This document shows, piece by piece, positions 13,579 through 26,060 of a DNA stretch of 64,000 nt; positions within the stretch are counted from its first letter, which is position 1, and each line of letters starts with the position of its first letter. Both the position numbers and the translations under genes were made by a program. This stretch comes from Octopus sinensis. Its lineage: Eukaryota. The stretch is from contig NC_043006.1 of assembly GCF_006345805.1 (NCBI RefSeq), forward strand, positions 55,428,001 to 55,492,000, given 5' to 3'. Under the pieces are notes generated by a model, which had not been told where the DNA came from, ran no database searches, and saw only the letters and a program-made list of their open reading frames with translations.

Positions 13579-14239
13579 TATAATGTATGTATGTATGTAT
13601 GTATGTATGTATGTATGTATGTATGTATGTATGTATGTATGTATGTATGTATGCATGCATGTATGTATGTATCGTTGTATGTGAGTATGTATACACACAT
13701 ACCCACTGATTCACATACACTCTCTTTCTCCCTCCCTCATACACCCGCACACACACACGCATACACACGCACAAACACACACACAAATACCACGTTCTCA
13801 AAACAGCGGTAACGTTTTTTCACTTGACCTCTTCCATACACTTCACATCTCCCACGCTTTGTATGTGTGTATATATATGTACGTAGATACACAGACGGAG
13901 AAACACATAGACACACACAAATACACACTCACGCACACACATGCACACACACACACATACTCGCTCATACAAAATAGATTGAAAATTATGAGTTTCCGTT
14001 CCCCAAATTTCTCCAAGGACAGCTTAGGAATAGATATTCATTCTTTCTTAGATTTTATTACGCTACTTTCTCCACAAAAATAAATGCCATTTATCTACTT
14101 GTTTACCTACTTACTTATCTTTCACTCTCTCTCACTATCTCTCTCTCTTGAACTACCTGCTTACCTATCAGTCAGTCTGTGTCTGTGTATCTCTGTGTCT
14201 GTTTGTGTGTGTGTTTGTCTGTTTGTCACTCATATTTTT

Positions 14240-14400
14240 TACTTCGATTTCTCACCTCATTAACCTGTTCACTCAATGGTCAGTTGTATGTGGCTCTTAG
14301 TAGAGTTGAGGGATCTATTAGACATAAAGAATTTTGTTGATCAAATTAGTGTACTATGCCAAGAAGAACTCACACGTATCTCAGTCAAGAAATTTACTAA
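14240..14400 (+). mobile_element. Helitron/PIF1-type helicase C-terminal remnant
   Basis: 14278-14307 encodes GQLYVALSRV, the PIF1-family helicase motif; the preceding PVFTH is frameshifted. Confidence 0.6.
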
Positions 14401-16152
14401 AAATATTCGATACACAGTGGTGTAGCTAAAGCATGTGCTGCAATCGAGTTTGCTGCCACCTCCCTCAGTCACTTATACAGGTTGATAGAGCAGACCCAAA
14501 TGCTTCCTGGGGTGAATCGACCCTTTATCCACTTCCTAACTACTCTATGGTATATAATGCTCTATACAGAAATAAACTTTTAAAAGCTATGTATTTTGAA
14601 CTATTACATGTTTCTTATATTTCAATGTTTTACCTTCTTTTGTTAACTTCTTTCTTGACTATATACCTATATTTCAAAGAAACAGATTATTACTTACTGT
14701 ATTTCCGCCATAAGACAACTGTCTCAGTGACAAGGTCATAAAAGAGCGACGGAATTTTGTCGACATTTCATAATAGAATTTACTATTAAGAAATAATCGA
14801 GAAATGTTCTTAAATTCTTAAGGAAGTCATACAAAATGTAACTATTTCAGTTTCAAAACACTGCCTCATATCTAGTGACTTGACCTGAGACAACCTAGTA
14901 CAACTCTGGAACTTGTGAAATATATTTTGTGTTAAATGAGTAAATATTTCAGGGTTGTACCAGTCTGGTAACTGTCTTGATCTGGCACTGTGCATTGAGA
15001 CTGATGGAAGAACCATTTTAGCCACCCAAAACATACAAAACTATTTTCACTTTTCATTTATATTTTGTAGTGTGAACATTTGTGCAAGCTGGTTACACCC
15101 TGTCTTCCACTGTAAGTTTGATGTTAATAATATGTAAATCATTAAAAGCAGTATACAAGTTCAATAACCATAAATAACATAAGTATATTAGTTTGTTGTA
15201 ACATTGTGTGTAATTGCTTGCTACACTGCAGTAAATATAAGTTAAACAGTGAGATAATGAATATAGATGTTTCCGACATGATCTCTGTTTGAGGAAATGT
15301 AGAAATGGACGTTGGAAAGCTATCAGTCGTCGCTACTAATTTGAATAGTCGTATTTTCTAAGAAGCAGTGAAATCTACTTTATATGTGTTATTGACGAAA
15401 AGTGACTTTGTGAGTCAATTTTAATACGATATCCAAGGAAAGTTTGATAGATCGACAAAATGTGTAATAGAAAATGGACCAACAAAAGCGTAAGTTTATA
15501 TTAGACAGAAAAGAGTAAGAATGTGTGTGTTCATGTTCGTGTGTATGTATTTATGTATGCATATGTATTTATACAGTTTTGTAAGTATGTGTACTTGTAC
15601 GAATGCATGTTTATAGAAATGTTTGCATATAGGTGGTAGGTATTATGTTTCAAATATGTTTTCCTTTATATCCTCGGATTTTAATCTGCATTCTGTCTTT
15701 GTAATCTGTCCATGGATTTCAAAATATACACATTTATATGCTGCATAACACTCATCAATGTTCAGACAATGAAGCACTCGTACACCACATCTCACCTATT
15801 TCTTAACCAATAACTTACATATATTCTATATTCTGTATGGAAGATTTCTTACAAACATTGGCTAGACTGGTGTCTAGCTTTTCATTTAAGCTGCTTAATT
15901 GAATATTGAAGTTGTAATTCTTGACGTCACTAATAGTTCTTTACCGTTGTGTGTCTACACTATTTATCACGACGAGCAAATTGTTTAAATATTTTCGTTG
16001 GTATAATCCCTTGCAAAATGCACATTATACCTTAATGCATTAGCTGGATCTTAGAGATAAGATTGCGTAGAAAAAACACGGTCCACAGTTTACTAACGTT
16101 ATTTACAAGTTTGTGGGTAGGTATGTTGTGATCTACCCGCTCCTTGATGTTA

Positions 16153-16432
16153 TCAAACCAGAATTTCTCTCTGCATCACTTTGCACTCCTCAACTGTACC
16201 CTGAAATATGATTTTGGACAGGAAGCTGTGGTGAGATACATAACCATGCCAAGAAAGCTTTCGTCTTTTTATCTGCGAAAAATGGTTCCTGCCTACCAGC
16301 ATATCTGTTGACTTGTTGCTCTTGATAAAGTTGTTTGTTTTGTGTACGGGATATGTAGCAGCCTTCCGAAGCACTTATGCTCAAGTGTCTGAATTTTTCA
16401 CTCCATGTGAGCTTTGAAGCTCCAACTCTCAC
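16153..16432 (-). mobile_element. RTE-clade LINE C-terminal fragment
   Basis: Reads IKRRKLSWHGYVSHHSFLSKIIFQGTVEE and, in another frame, QQVNRYAGRQEP; typical of the RTE ORF end. Confidence 0.75.
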
Positions 16433-17431
16433 ACCCGCAAAAGTACCAATACTAACAATACCAAATGTTATCTAGATATGAACAACATAGACAATATCCA
16501 TGAACCTAAGTCAACTGGTGAACAACCCGACAAACAAACAAAAACTCTCAATAATAGTCATCAAAACATTAGCAATAGATATAAATCTTACAAAAGCAAT
16601 AAACATACTAATAAACTTAATCAATATGAGCACCATAACCAATACCTTACTAAAAGAAAAAAAATAGTACTAACTTCAGCAATTCACAAATCCCTAACAA
16701 CACTAATAATAATGCAATAAAACCCAAGAATACTGACAATAAACACATAAAACAATTAATTATAGATAGAAGTAAGAACACTAAGCCAATAACCATAAAG
16801 AATGAAAATTATTACATCTCATTTAATACTTCCAATAATACATATAACCACAGAAATCATATTAATATAGATAGAAATAATATAGAAAAAAGAAGCCAAT
16901 ACCATGTGTAAGAATAGATGACCCCCAAAACATAACCCACTGCGATGATAAAGAAAACAAAAATAACACTACTTGGATCGTAATACCTTTTGCCATGCAT
17001 CAAGAATCTAATTTTATTAGATCCACAAGAAAAATAATTAATAAAAACTTTAAGAACTCTAAATATGCAAAAATTTTTAATAACAACAAAATTAGATTTG
17101 GATTTTCAGTCTCTCCAAACCTTCCTAGGATTTTCTCTTCCGTTAACAATAAGATAGGACAAATTCTATAATAAAAACGTAATCTACAACATAGTACAAC
17201 CTAATAATTTAAATTGTAATTGTAGAGACCCAAATACGTATAAAGTAGATGGAAATTGTAAAATGAAAGAAGTAGTATACCAAGCAACTATTATTACCCA
17301 TAATTCCTATAAATATATATACATCGGTTTTACGAAAAATTCTATAAAATTAAGAATAAATAATCATAAATCTTCCTTCAATGACCCTAGAAACGAAAAT
17401 AGCGCAGATATATCTAAAAAAAATTGGCAAC

Positions 17432-19584
17432 ACATGTAGAGTCTTCTCTGCAATTAATCTTGAAATTCTAACAGAGGCTTCCGCGCTTCTGGACTGGCGA
17501 TCCCTGATGACGTTGTCCTCAGTTGACGAACTATGGTCATCCCTCAAAGCATATGTAACCTGTTTGACTGACCAGGCAGTTCCCGTTGGGCTTCCCAAGA
17601 GGAAGAAACACAAGCCCTGGGTGACGAAGAAGGTTAAACGAGAACGTCGACTCAGAGATATTGCTTGGGCTGAATTCAAAAATCTGGATTCGACTGCAGC
17701 TTTTGAGGTGTACAAAACTCAACGAGACCGAGCCGTGAAAATTGAAAAGAAAGAACGCTTCAGTTATGAATACAAAATCGCGGCAAATGCCAGTAGCAAT
17801 CCAAAAACCTTCTTTGCCCATGTCCAGCGGAATTCCCGCTTGAACAACCAGATTGCAACGTTGGTAGACTCAACAGGCGTATCGATTGAGGACCCTTATC
17901 AACAGAGTCAATTATTTGCCGAGGCTTTTTCAACTATTTTCAAACAAGATGATGGTCGTGAACCCCCTCCATTTGATAGATCGGTACCTCCAATGCTTCG
18001 ATTGGTCATCACGCGGGACGAAGTCAAACGTGTTATTCAAGGCCTCGATGTCAACAAGGGTCACGGCCCTGACGGCATACACCCACGGGTTATCAAAGCG
18101 TTGGCTCCGGTCATCTGCGAGCCCTTAACACGACTATTCAATATGTCATTGGCGACGGTTGTTATACCTGCAGACTGGAGAACAGCGATAATCTGCCCAA
18201 TTTTCAAGAAAGGGAGCCGCGAAGACCCGCTTAACTACCGACCGGTTTCCCTTACATCAATAATCAGCAAGATGTTCGAAACCATCCTTAAGAAAAGTAT
18301 GATGCTCCACCTCCTAAACACAGCCTCGATCACTGATTCCCAACACGGCTTCGTGCCGAAGAGATCATGCTTGACCAACTTACTAGTAATGGAAGAATTG
18401 GTGACGCGCATCCTCGATGATAGTGATGCTGTTGACATCGTTTTATTGGACTTTGCCAAAGCTTTTGACTCGGTAAACCACCGCCTACTACTTGTCAAGC
18501 TTCAAGCATATAGTTTCCATCCGGATATTGTACGATGCGTTGGTGCCTTCCTCTCAGATCGCTCCTTCCAAGTTCAAGTTAATGGTTCGCGGTCCGACGT
18601 CTCCAGTGCGAGCAGTGGCGTGCCTCAAGGTTCAGTGCTTGGGCCCTTGTTGTTCTTAGTCTTCATAAATGACTTGCCCGACGACCTCACGCAACACACC
18701 CTTCTATTTGCCGACGATATCAAACTGGTCGCTCCTCGCGGTAGTATAGAGGATCTTCGTCGATGCCTCCACCAAATTTGGAAGTGGTCTAACGATTGGG
18801 ACCTGTGTCTGAACGTGTCAAAGTGCTGTCATCTGCCTGTCGGCTCTACTCCTGCAACTCAACTTGATTTCGAGCCGGGTCGTCTGCTGCTGGAGAGGAC
18901 CGATCAGGTAAAGGACCTGGGTATCTTGGTGGATTCCTCCTTTTCGCCTTCGGCCCAGTGCGTTCATGCTGCCAACAAAGCGCGCGGAATTCTGTTTTTG
19001 ATTCGACGGTCATTCGGAATGCTCACAGCAGCCATATTCCTACCACTCTGGTGAGACCCATATTGGAGTATGGGATTCAAGCCTCTTCTCATTATCTCCT
19101 CAAAGACATACAGCATCTCGAAAGAGTCCAGAGGCTGGCTACCCGCATGGTTCATGGTCTCAAAAATTTGTCCTACGAAGAAAGGCTGAGGACGCTCGAC
19201 CTTTATTCTCTTGAAAAACGCCGCTGCCGTGGTGATCTCATTCTCGCCCACAACATCATAAGCGGGAAGTGTAACCTCTCGAAAGAGCTGTTCTTCACTC
19301 CTGCTCCAGAGCGTCGGCTGCGGGGTCATTCCGAAAAGCTCTACCTGCGACGATTTCATCTCAATCGAAGGAGAGGAGCTTTCTCCGTCCGGGTTGCGGA
19401 TCCGTGGAACAAGCTGCCAGACGAGATGGTGAAGATGCCGACGACCGCTTTGTTCAAAGCCTCCCTGGACCTCAAGTGGCCTGAACTCTTTACATGAACA
19501 CCACCCTGTACTTAACTCCATGTCCCCCTACATGGCCTTGCTATTTGCTTTTGAGCCAAATTAACTAACTAACTAACTAACTAA
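17432..19584 (+). mobile_element. 5'-truncated CR1-type LINE, nearly intact RT
   Basis: ORF 17381-19054 has PIFKKG, YRPVSLTS, QHGF, DFAKAFDSV, GVPQGSVLGP and FADD. One frameshift near 19050 continues into 18958-19497 (LRGHSEKL, FSVRVADPWNKLP). (CTAA)n tail. Confidence 0.93.
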
Positions 19585-20334
19585 CAATATAGATTACTCA
19601 ATATCTTCGAAAATCCTCTCATCAGACCCATCTTATAGATATAATAGCAAAATTTGTAGATTATGCTTGGAAGAAAGTTATAATATAATGAGAATGAATG
19701 ATCTCTTTGTTAATACTAGGCATGAAAATGTTTTTACAACTAAGCATATGTCCAAGTTTTTTTTTATTAATCTTAAATAATATTTCCCCTACATTATTTT
19801 AATATCGTTTCCATTTTCCTTCTAATATCTCTATTTTTTAAAATATCTCTCTATATATTAACCCTTTCTATGATATTAGATTAATAATCATCAAATATTC
19901 TGCACATCAATTTATCATATTATATGGATATATTTATTATTTAACCATACCCTGTTATAATTACATTACTAAACTTATATTGGTCTAACATCTTCACAAA
20001 ATCTCCACACACCCCTATTTCTCTCAATGTATTCTTATATCTTCCGTTATTATAAAATATACCTTTCTTTTTTGTATTTTTTTTTCATTTGCATAATATT
20101 ACTTAACCTCCCTCTCTTACCTATTCCAATTATTATTGATTAATGCTACTTGCCAATCTACCTGATATTTAATTACATCTTACAGCTACATATGCAAACA
20201 AATATAATACTATAATACTTCTTGATGTCCAACTTGCCTACAACGATGTGTGCACTCATATATATATATATCGTTTTTATTTGTCATTGTATGTGTACAT
20301 CTATCGTGGAAGACACAAAACACCCAAGCACCAA

Positions 20335-20349
20335 TTATTATTATCATCA

Positions 20350-20413
<64 letters not shown>

Positions 20414-20423
20414 GTTATTGTTA

Positions 20424-20473
<50 letters not shown>

Positions 20474-20475
20474 GT
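20335..20475 (+). repeat. (TAT)n microsatellite
   Basis: Direct observation. Confidence 0.96.
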
Positions 20476-21544
20476 GTGCTTATGTGTCATCACCGATTTA
20501 TATATTTTTAATAAAACGGGTGCACATATATAGGTATGTCCCACACTCACAAGCACACATGTACATATGTATATACACCATCACATAGACATACATATAA
20601 ATAAATATATAGGTATGTTTATCTCCCCAACATTGCTAATTTTTAGTCATACAATATCTATTATACATATGAACGTTTTTTAATACCTTCAGTCACAGCA
20701 AGTATTTACTTTTATAATTCTGTAATATTAACAACTAATTTTCGTATTTTTATTTTTTTGCCTTATATTTAATACACACAAATGAATATAAATTCTCACA
20801 TTAAAAAAATTTCCATTATCTGTACCTATTGAAGTATTTCTAATAACTCTTATTCTCGTTGCATTGTAGCAGCCTACTATATATTACTACATTCACTAGT
20901 TTTAATTTCATTCTCATACACAAAAAGAAAAAAATTAAATACACACCATTCCAAATATTACTTATAACTGTCAAGTCATATCCTAATTCAAACATAACTA
21001 TGCCTTTCCATTGGACACCTCTATTAAACTTTCTATGACTTATTTTGAGTTTAAATTACTTATCTACTTATTATTATATAGAGGGAATGTATCTTATTAT
21101 TATATAGAGGTAACGTATCAAATAACCGTTAGCTGCATCAGTTATAGTTTATATACAATTAGACCAATCAGACTCAACAACATTCTTTAGTATACTCTCA
21201 GTTTTTCATAAAGATAAAATATATGTATATCCGAATTTGTTATCTGCTATTTCCTTCACCAAATCTTCTGTAATAATAATAATTCCTGTTGTATAATTCT
21301 TGCACTGAGCAGAACAGTGATATGTAATTAATTAGATTTAATCAAATTAATCTTAATTATTCTACCATGTTATTTACATGTTAATATCGCTGTTTGAAAA
21401 GATCGTATGCAAGTATTAAAACTCTTTTAAATTTTAATATCCCTTCTCCATTCTTAATATATTTGTTGAGTTTCTATGGGATGCCTTTCCATAAATTCTC
21501 ATAACACATCATATATATATATAAGAACTTTTTGTAAAAGTTCC

Positions 21545-21587
21545 TACCGATAATGGTTATATTTCCATACCGAAAACTACTCGGTAA
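21545..21587 (+). pseudogene. Degenerate hammerhead-like motif in a PLE tail
   Basis: TACC-GATAA-T-GGT(TATATTTCCAT)ACC-GAAA-ACTACTC-GGTA: stems I and II are present but the core is damaged. Confidence 0.4.
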
Positions 21588-21744
21588 TAATTGTTGATTT
21601 TAAAATTAATAATTATTTACCCTTATATGATATATATGTATATATATGCTGTAAGACCTTCTGTCTATAAATGCTCTAATATCTACACAGCCTTGGTTTT
21701 TTTTTATCTTATAACGCAAAAAAATTCTTATACAAGCGCGCGCG

Positions 21745-21799
<55 letters not shown>

Positions 21800-22296
21800 G
21801 TATATGTATATATATATATAAATTATTTTGTGTTACGCATGGTAGTTATTATCATAGTTTGTACTGTGCTTACTATGCTGAGCATGTATGTTTATTTTTT
21901 TATTAATGTTTTGTCAGACAAATTGTCTGGCATATGTATTAATAAAAATTAGACATAAAAAAAAACTTATAGGCTACTTAAACCTGACTTAACCTTTAAT
22001 TTCAAGTATATATTATTAGATTTGAAGATAATAATGACCTGATAATATGATTGTTTCAAGAGCAGAATTATGATAAGGAAAAGTAATTTCAGTTAATAAA
22101 TTTTCTACGAATAGCTTTTCACCATGAAACACAGAGTTTATTGGAGGTAAGTCTAAGAACAAATAAAAAGCAAAAAGTTTGATATAAGTAACAAACTGAA
22201 TTTACACAGAAGTAATGAGAATTGTGAACTGCTTGAGAGAAATCGTATATACATTATTTACATTCGACGGATATTTGTCCTCATCTTGTTTGTTGT

Positions 22297-22342
22297 TAAC
22301 ACAACTTTCCGCTGATATATCATCCAGCCATCTTCAGGTGTC
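22297..22342 (-). ncRNA. Minimal hammerhead, degenerate copy
   Basis: GACAC-CTGAAGA-T-GGCTG(GATGATATAT)CAGCG-GAAA-GTT-GTGTT; position 11.1 is mismatched and C15.2 is missing. Confidence 0.6.
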
Positions 22343-22412
22343 TTGGCGGAAATTTCGAATCTGGGTTCTCATCTCCTAAGGTATTCTTCTTCTTCTTATT
22401 ATTATTATTGTT

Positions 22413-22487
22413 CAGGTCACTACTTGGAATCGAATTCGGAATCTTGGGGTTAGTAGCCCGCGCTCTTAACCACTACGCCATATGCCC
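22413..22487 (-). promoter_or_regulatory. tRNA-like Pol III promoter segment (A-box and B-box)
   Basis: TGGCGTAGTGG (A-box), a CT-ACT-AA anticodon-like loop, and GAATTCGATTCC (B-box-like). The stems are imperfect, so it is not a functional tRNA. Confidence 0.65.
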
Positions 22488-24566
22488 GTGGGCAATAATG
22501 GAGTGAATTTTAGGGCTTATAAATCTAATATTTTCCTATCCTTCCTTAATACCGGTTCCCATATGCTACTCATATCTGCACTCGGTCTGCTAAGGAGGTT
22601 GTTGTGTCCTAGCATACGTGCTGCTTCTTTTAGTTTTCGTATTTTCCAGTGGTGTTCTCTGTCTATTATTTTAACTTCATCCCACAGGGGGAGGTGGTCT
22701 CCATTTTTCCATACATTATCAGCTATACCCGATTTATCAATATCTCCTCGTGTCATAGCTTTGCGATGTTCGTCTACCCTTTTTTTGAGGTGGCGGCATA
22801 TTTCGCCTTTGTATAATTTACCACAGCTGCATGGGATGGTGTATACGCAATCTTTGGTCATATTCTCTTTATTGGTGATTTTACTCGAAGGAGGTATCTG
22901 CGAAGTGTTGTAGTACTTTTGAATACTGTCCTGATGTCATATGGGCCTCATATCTTTTGTTTCTATTCGGAGAGACCTTTCACATAGGGTAGACAGACTG
23001 TGGACAGTTTATTGGCCTCATCCTCCCTCTTCTTCATAATTGAAGTGGATAGTATACTTTTGGGGTAGTTGTTGCTTAACAGATCGTTATTGAGCTTGAT
23101 TATTTCTTCGTGGTGTGTATCATGATCGCTACTTATATTCTTTGCATGATGTTTTAGGCACTGAGCAATCCCTCTCTTTACACTGTCCAGGAATGCCAGC
23201 TGATTGTCTTTTTCCTTTTCCATTGTGAACTGTATGGATGGCTTTATTGAGTTCACATGATCTAACAGAACTTGAACATCTTCCTGGTGGGGCCAGAGTA
23301 TAAAGGTGTCATCAATATATCGTAGCCATAGTGTTGGTTTTAGTGGTGCTGATCCTAAAGCCAAATTCTCAAAGTATTCCATGTATATATTGGCTATTGC
23401 CGGTGATAATAACGAACCCATAGCTAAACCCTCCTCTTGTCGATATATATCACTGTCCATACTGAAATAGGTATTTTCTACACAGAAGATCAATATTTCC
23501 ATCAAGTTTCTTATTGGTATACTAATGCGTTCTTTTAGATGGGTGTCTGTCACTAGTTTTTCTTGTATCACCGATAGTGCTTCACCAGTTGGGACTTTGG
23601 TGAACAGGCTTATTATATCTAGACTCACCATCTGGTTGGATTCAATGGGAGTATCCTTGATCAATCCTGTGAAGTGGGTGGAATTCTTTACGTACGATGT
23701 TGACTTTCCTGCTAATGGACTGATTACATCCACAAGGAAGCGGCTCAGTGGATGACATGCTGAACATCTACAGCTCTAGAAAAAGCAACAAACAGTAAAC
23801 AACAAACAAGATGAGGACAAATATCCGTTGAATGTAAATAATGTAAATAATGTACATAAACAGTAGGATGTATACTGATAAGATATTGCTCATCTTAGCC
23901 CTTAATTTTGTCAATCTCATATGATTCCACCACCCACCCACTCATTGCTTATTATATTCAAACTAGCTGTTGGGTGTGTAGTGTTATCTCAGAACAACTG
24001 CCGAAATATTTCATGACAGCGGACAGAACATCCTTGTTCTGGCTCAACAGGACTGTCACCGCAAACAAAGCATATATGATGTAGGACGTATCATATTACT
24101 CGTATTTAGTTAATGTCCTTTTTATCTAGAGGGTGTATAAGTCCCATATTAGATTTCAGCTTAAGAAATTTGTTCATTAGTCTAACTAATAACAAAAAAA
24201 TATCATTCTAAAAAATTGCAATCAGAGAATGGAGATATTATTTATTACCTAGTTTATCTAAAGTGCAAGTAGAATGCTGAATATGATTAATATGCTACAA
24301 GCCATAGATCTTCTCTGAGATATATGTTAGTTTTGCAGAGGCATTTGAGAATATATATTTATCTTTATACACCTATAAAGCCAATAGTAAAGATGCGTTG
24401 TTAGACGACAGCGGAAAGGTAGAGGTAATGACAAGTTAAATGTATCTGAACTGCTAACAGTTCGCGAGACGAATTTATTTGTACTTGGCATAATGGCTAG
24501 ACGTAATTTTGAAATTTAGAATCGTGAGTTTCCTTGTTTTCGGATCAAAGGAAATGAATTGTCATA

Positions 24567-24962
24567 ACTCTTACTCTTACTCTCTTTTACTTGTTTCAGT
24601 CATTTGACTGCGGCCATGCTGGAGCACCGCCTTTAGTCGAGCAAATCGACCCCGGGACTTATTCTTTGTAAGCCCAGTACTTATTCTATCGGTCTCTTTT
24701 GCCGAACCGCTAAGTGACGGGGACGTAAACACACCAGCATCGGTTATCAAGCAATGCTAGGGGGACAAACACAGACACACAAACACACACACATATATAC
24801 GACAGGCTTCTTTCAGTTTCCGTCTACCAAATCCACTCACAAGGCATTGGTCGGCCCGGGGCTATAGCAGAAGACACTTGCCCAAGATGCAACGCAGTGG
24901 GACTGAACCCGGAACCATGTGGTTGGTTAGCATGCTACTTACTACACAGCCACTCCTGCGCC
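24567..24962 (-). mobile_element. Full-length, young tRNA-derived SINE
   Basis: Head ggcgcaggagtggctgtgtagtaag...ccgggttcagtccc; (TAAGAG) tail; ATAACT duplicated at 24564 and 24964. Confidence 0.92.
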
Positions 24963-25689
24963 TATAACTGTTTATTTTAAAACTAAAAGCCGTAGTGTTT
25001 TGGTCCTATAGATATACAATGCATATTAATCGGACTCCTTGCTGATCCTCACAACCCCTCTTCAATGTTGTCCAGCTATCCCTGACAACCGAAGAAAAAC
25101 TGTGTACATTATGAACCCCAATAGAAAATCCTAGCAAGAGAGCAATTCTATAAATGGGCGACAGGAAATCCTGCAACATGTGCTCGGAAGAAGCGATCCA
25201 AATATTATTTGTTAAGATCCCACTCCTTAACGGAAAGTCCAAGAAGTGATTGTCTGCGGATACATTACCTATAAAGCTTTTCTAAATTCTAAAGCCAACT
25301 ATGATCTTGAAAGTTAAAACATCCAGACCACAAAAATGGCAAAACCATAGTCCATTCACCTGCCATTCCCTAAAGCTTCGTGATCTATTTCATTCTCTGT
25401 TCCTCACTAATCCCTTCTGGTTCCTGTTCTTATTCTCAGTCGTCCTATTATCGATAAATGCCAACTCCTTTCTCTTCCTTACTATCATGTCACTATTTCC
25501 TCGTAATCACTCTTCCATCAGCTTCTACCTCAGTTACCTCAGTATTAAGACATATAAACAATTATTAGAATGTGCTGAACTGCTCATAAGTTTTACATCA
25601 TAAGCATTTTCCAATGAATATTTGTATGGTTTAGTGAAGTAATGGTTATTTTTACTGCCAAGATCATGGTTAGGTTTAGAATGTAAATT

Positions 25690-26060
25690 TTATCGATACT
25701 ATATCTGCAGATGGTTACCTTCTCAGATTTTTGGTTGAGGAGTGGTACCTTAAAAATAGCATTTGGGTTACTTCTTGCGTGCACAAATTACATGGTTTCC
25801 TGTCACGTTTGTATAGGGCTGTTCTTGCCAGGATCTTTCATTGAACTTCGTTGAGTCCACTGTTTTTTTAGTCTTCAAAAGTGGTACGATAGCAAAATGA
25901 TATTCATCACGCAATGTGCAGAAGGAGTGTTGGTGCTGCCGTACCAAGCCATCATGTTCTTAGCTGTGAGATCTATGTACTCTTTGCAGGTGTTGTTGGT
26001 GATGTAGTAACTGTATGCTGGTATACAGTATTTTGTTCTAGACTTTTAGAGTGTTGTATA
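25690..26060 (-). mobile_element. Decayed Penelope GIY-YIG remnant
   Basis: Reads NTVYQHTV...KEYIDLT...QHQHSF, KILARTALYK, and KPCNLC...LLNQKSEKVTICR. Confidence 0.7.

Larger units (their letters stand above)
16950..21730 (+). mobile_element. Old Penelope-like element split by a CR1 LINE
   Basis: Left piece reads NCNCRDP...VVYQATI...YIYIGFT...HKSSF...SKKNWQ (to 17431). It resumes at 19585 with NNIDYSI...KICRLCLEE...NTRHE. Long AT-rich tail with pLTR-like end gctgtaagacc (about 21650). Confidence 0.8.
22249..23845 (-). mobile_element. Penelope-like element: RT, GIY-YIG and pLTR with inverted terminal arm
   Basis: RT ORF 22963-23733 (GLAMGSLLSP, RYIDD; internal deletion after AFLD). GIY-YIG ORF 22517-22861 (CVYTIPCSCGKLYKGE...RVDEH). 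About 50-bp inverted arms at 22249-22298 and 23798-23845. Confidence 0.92.

Noticed and set aside
19595-19630. Minus-strand CTGATGA with a small hairpin
   Set aside because: Followed by GAAG, not GAAA, and antisense to PLE coding sequence; coincidental.
25006-25300. Minus-strand ORF with a possible LINE endonuclease flavour
   Set aside because: No diagnostic catalytic motif could be identified.
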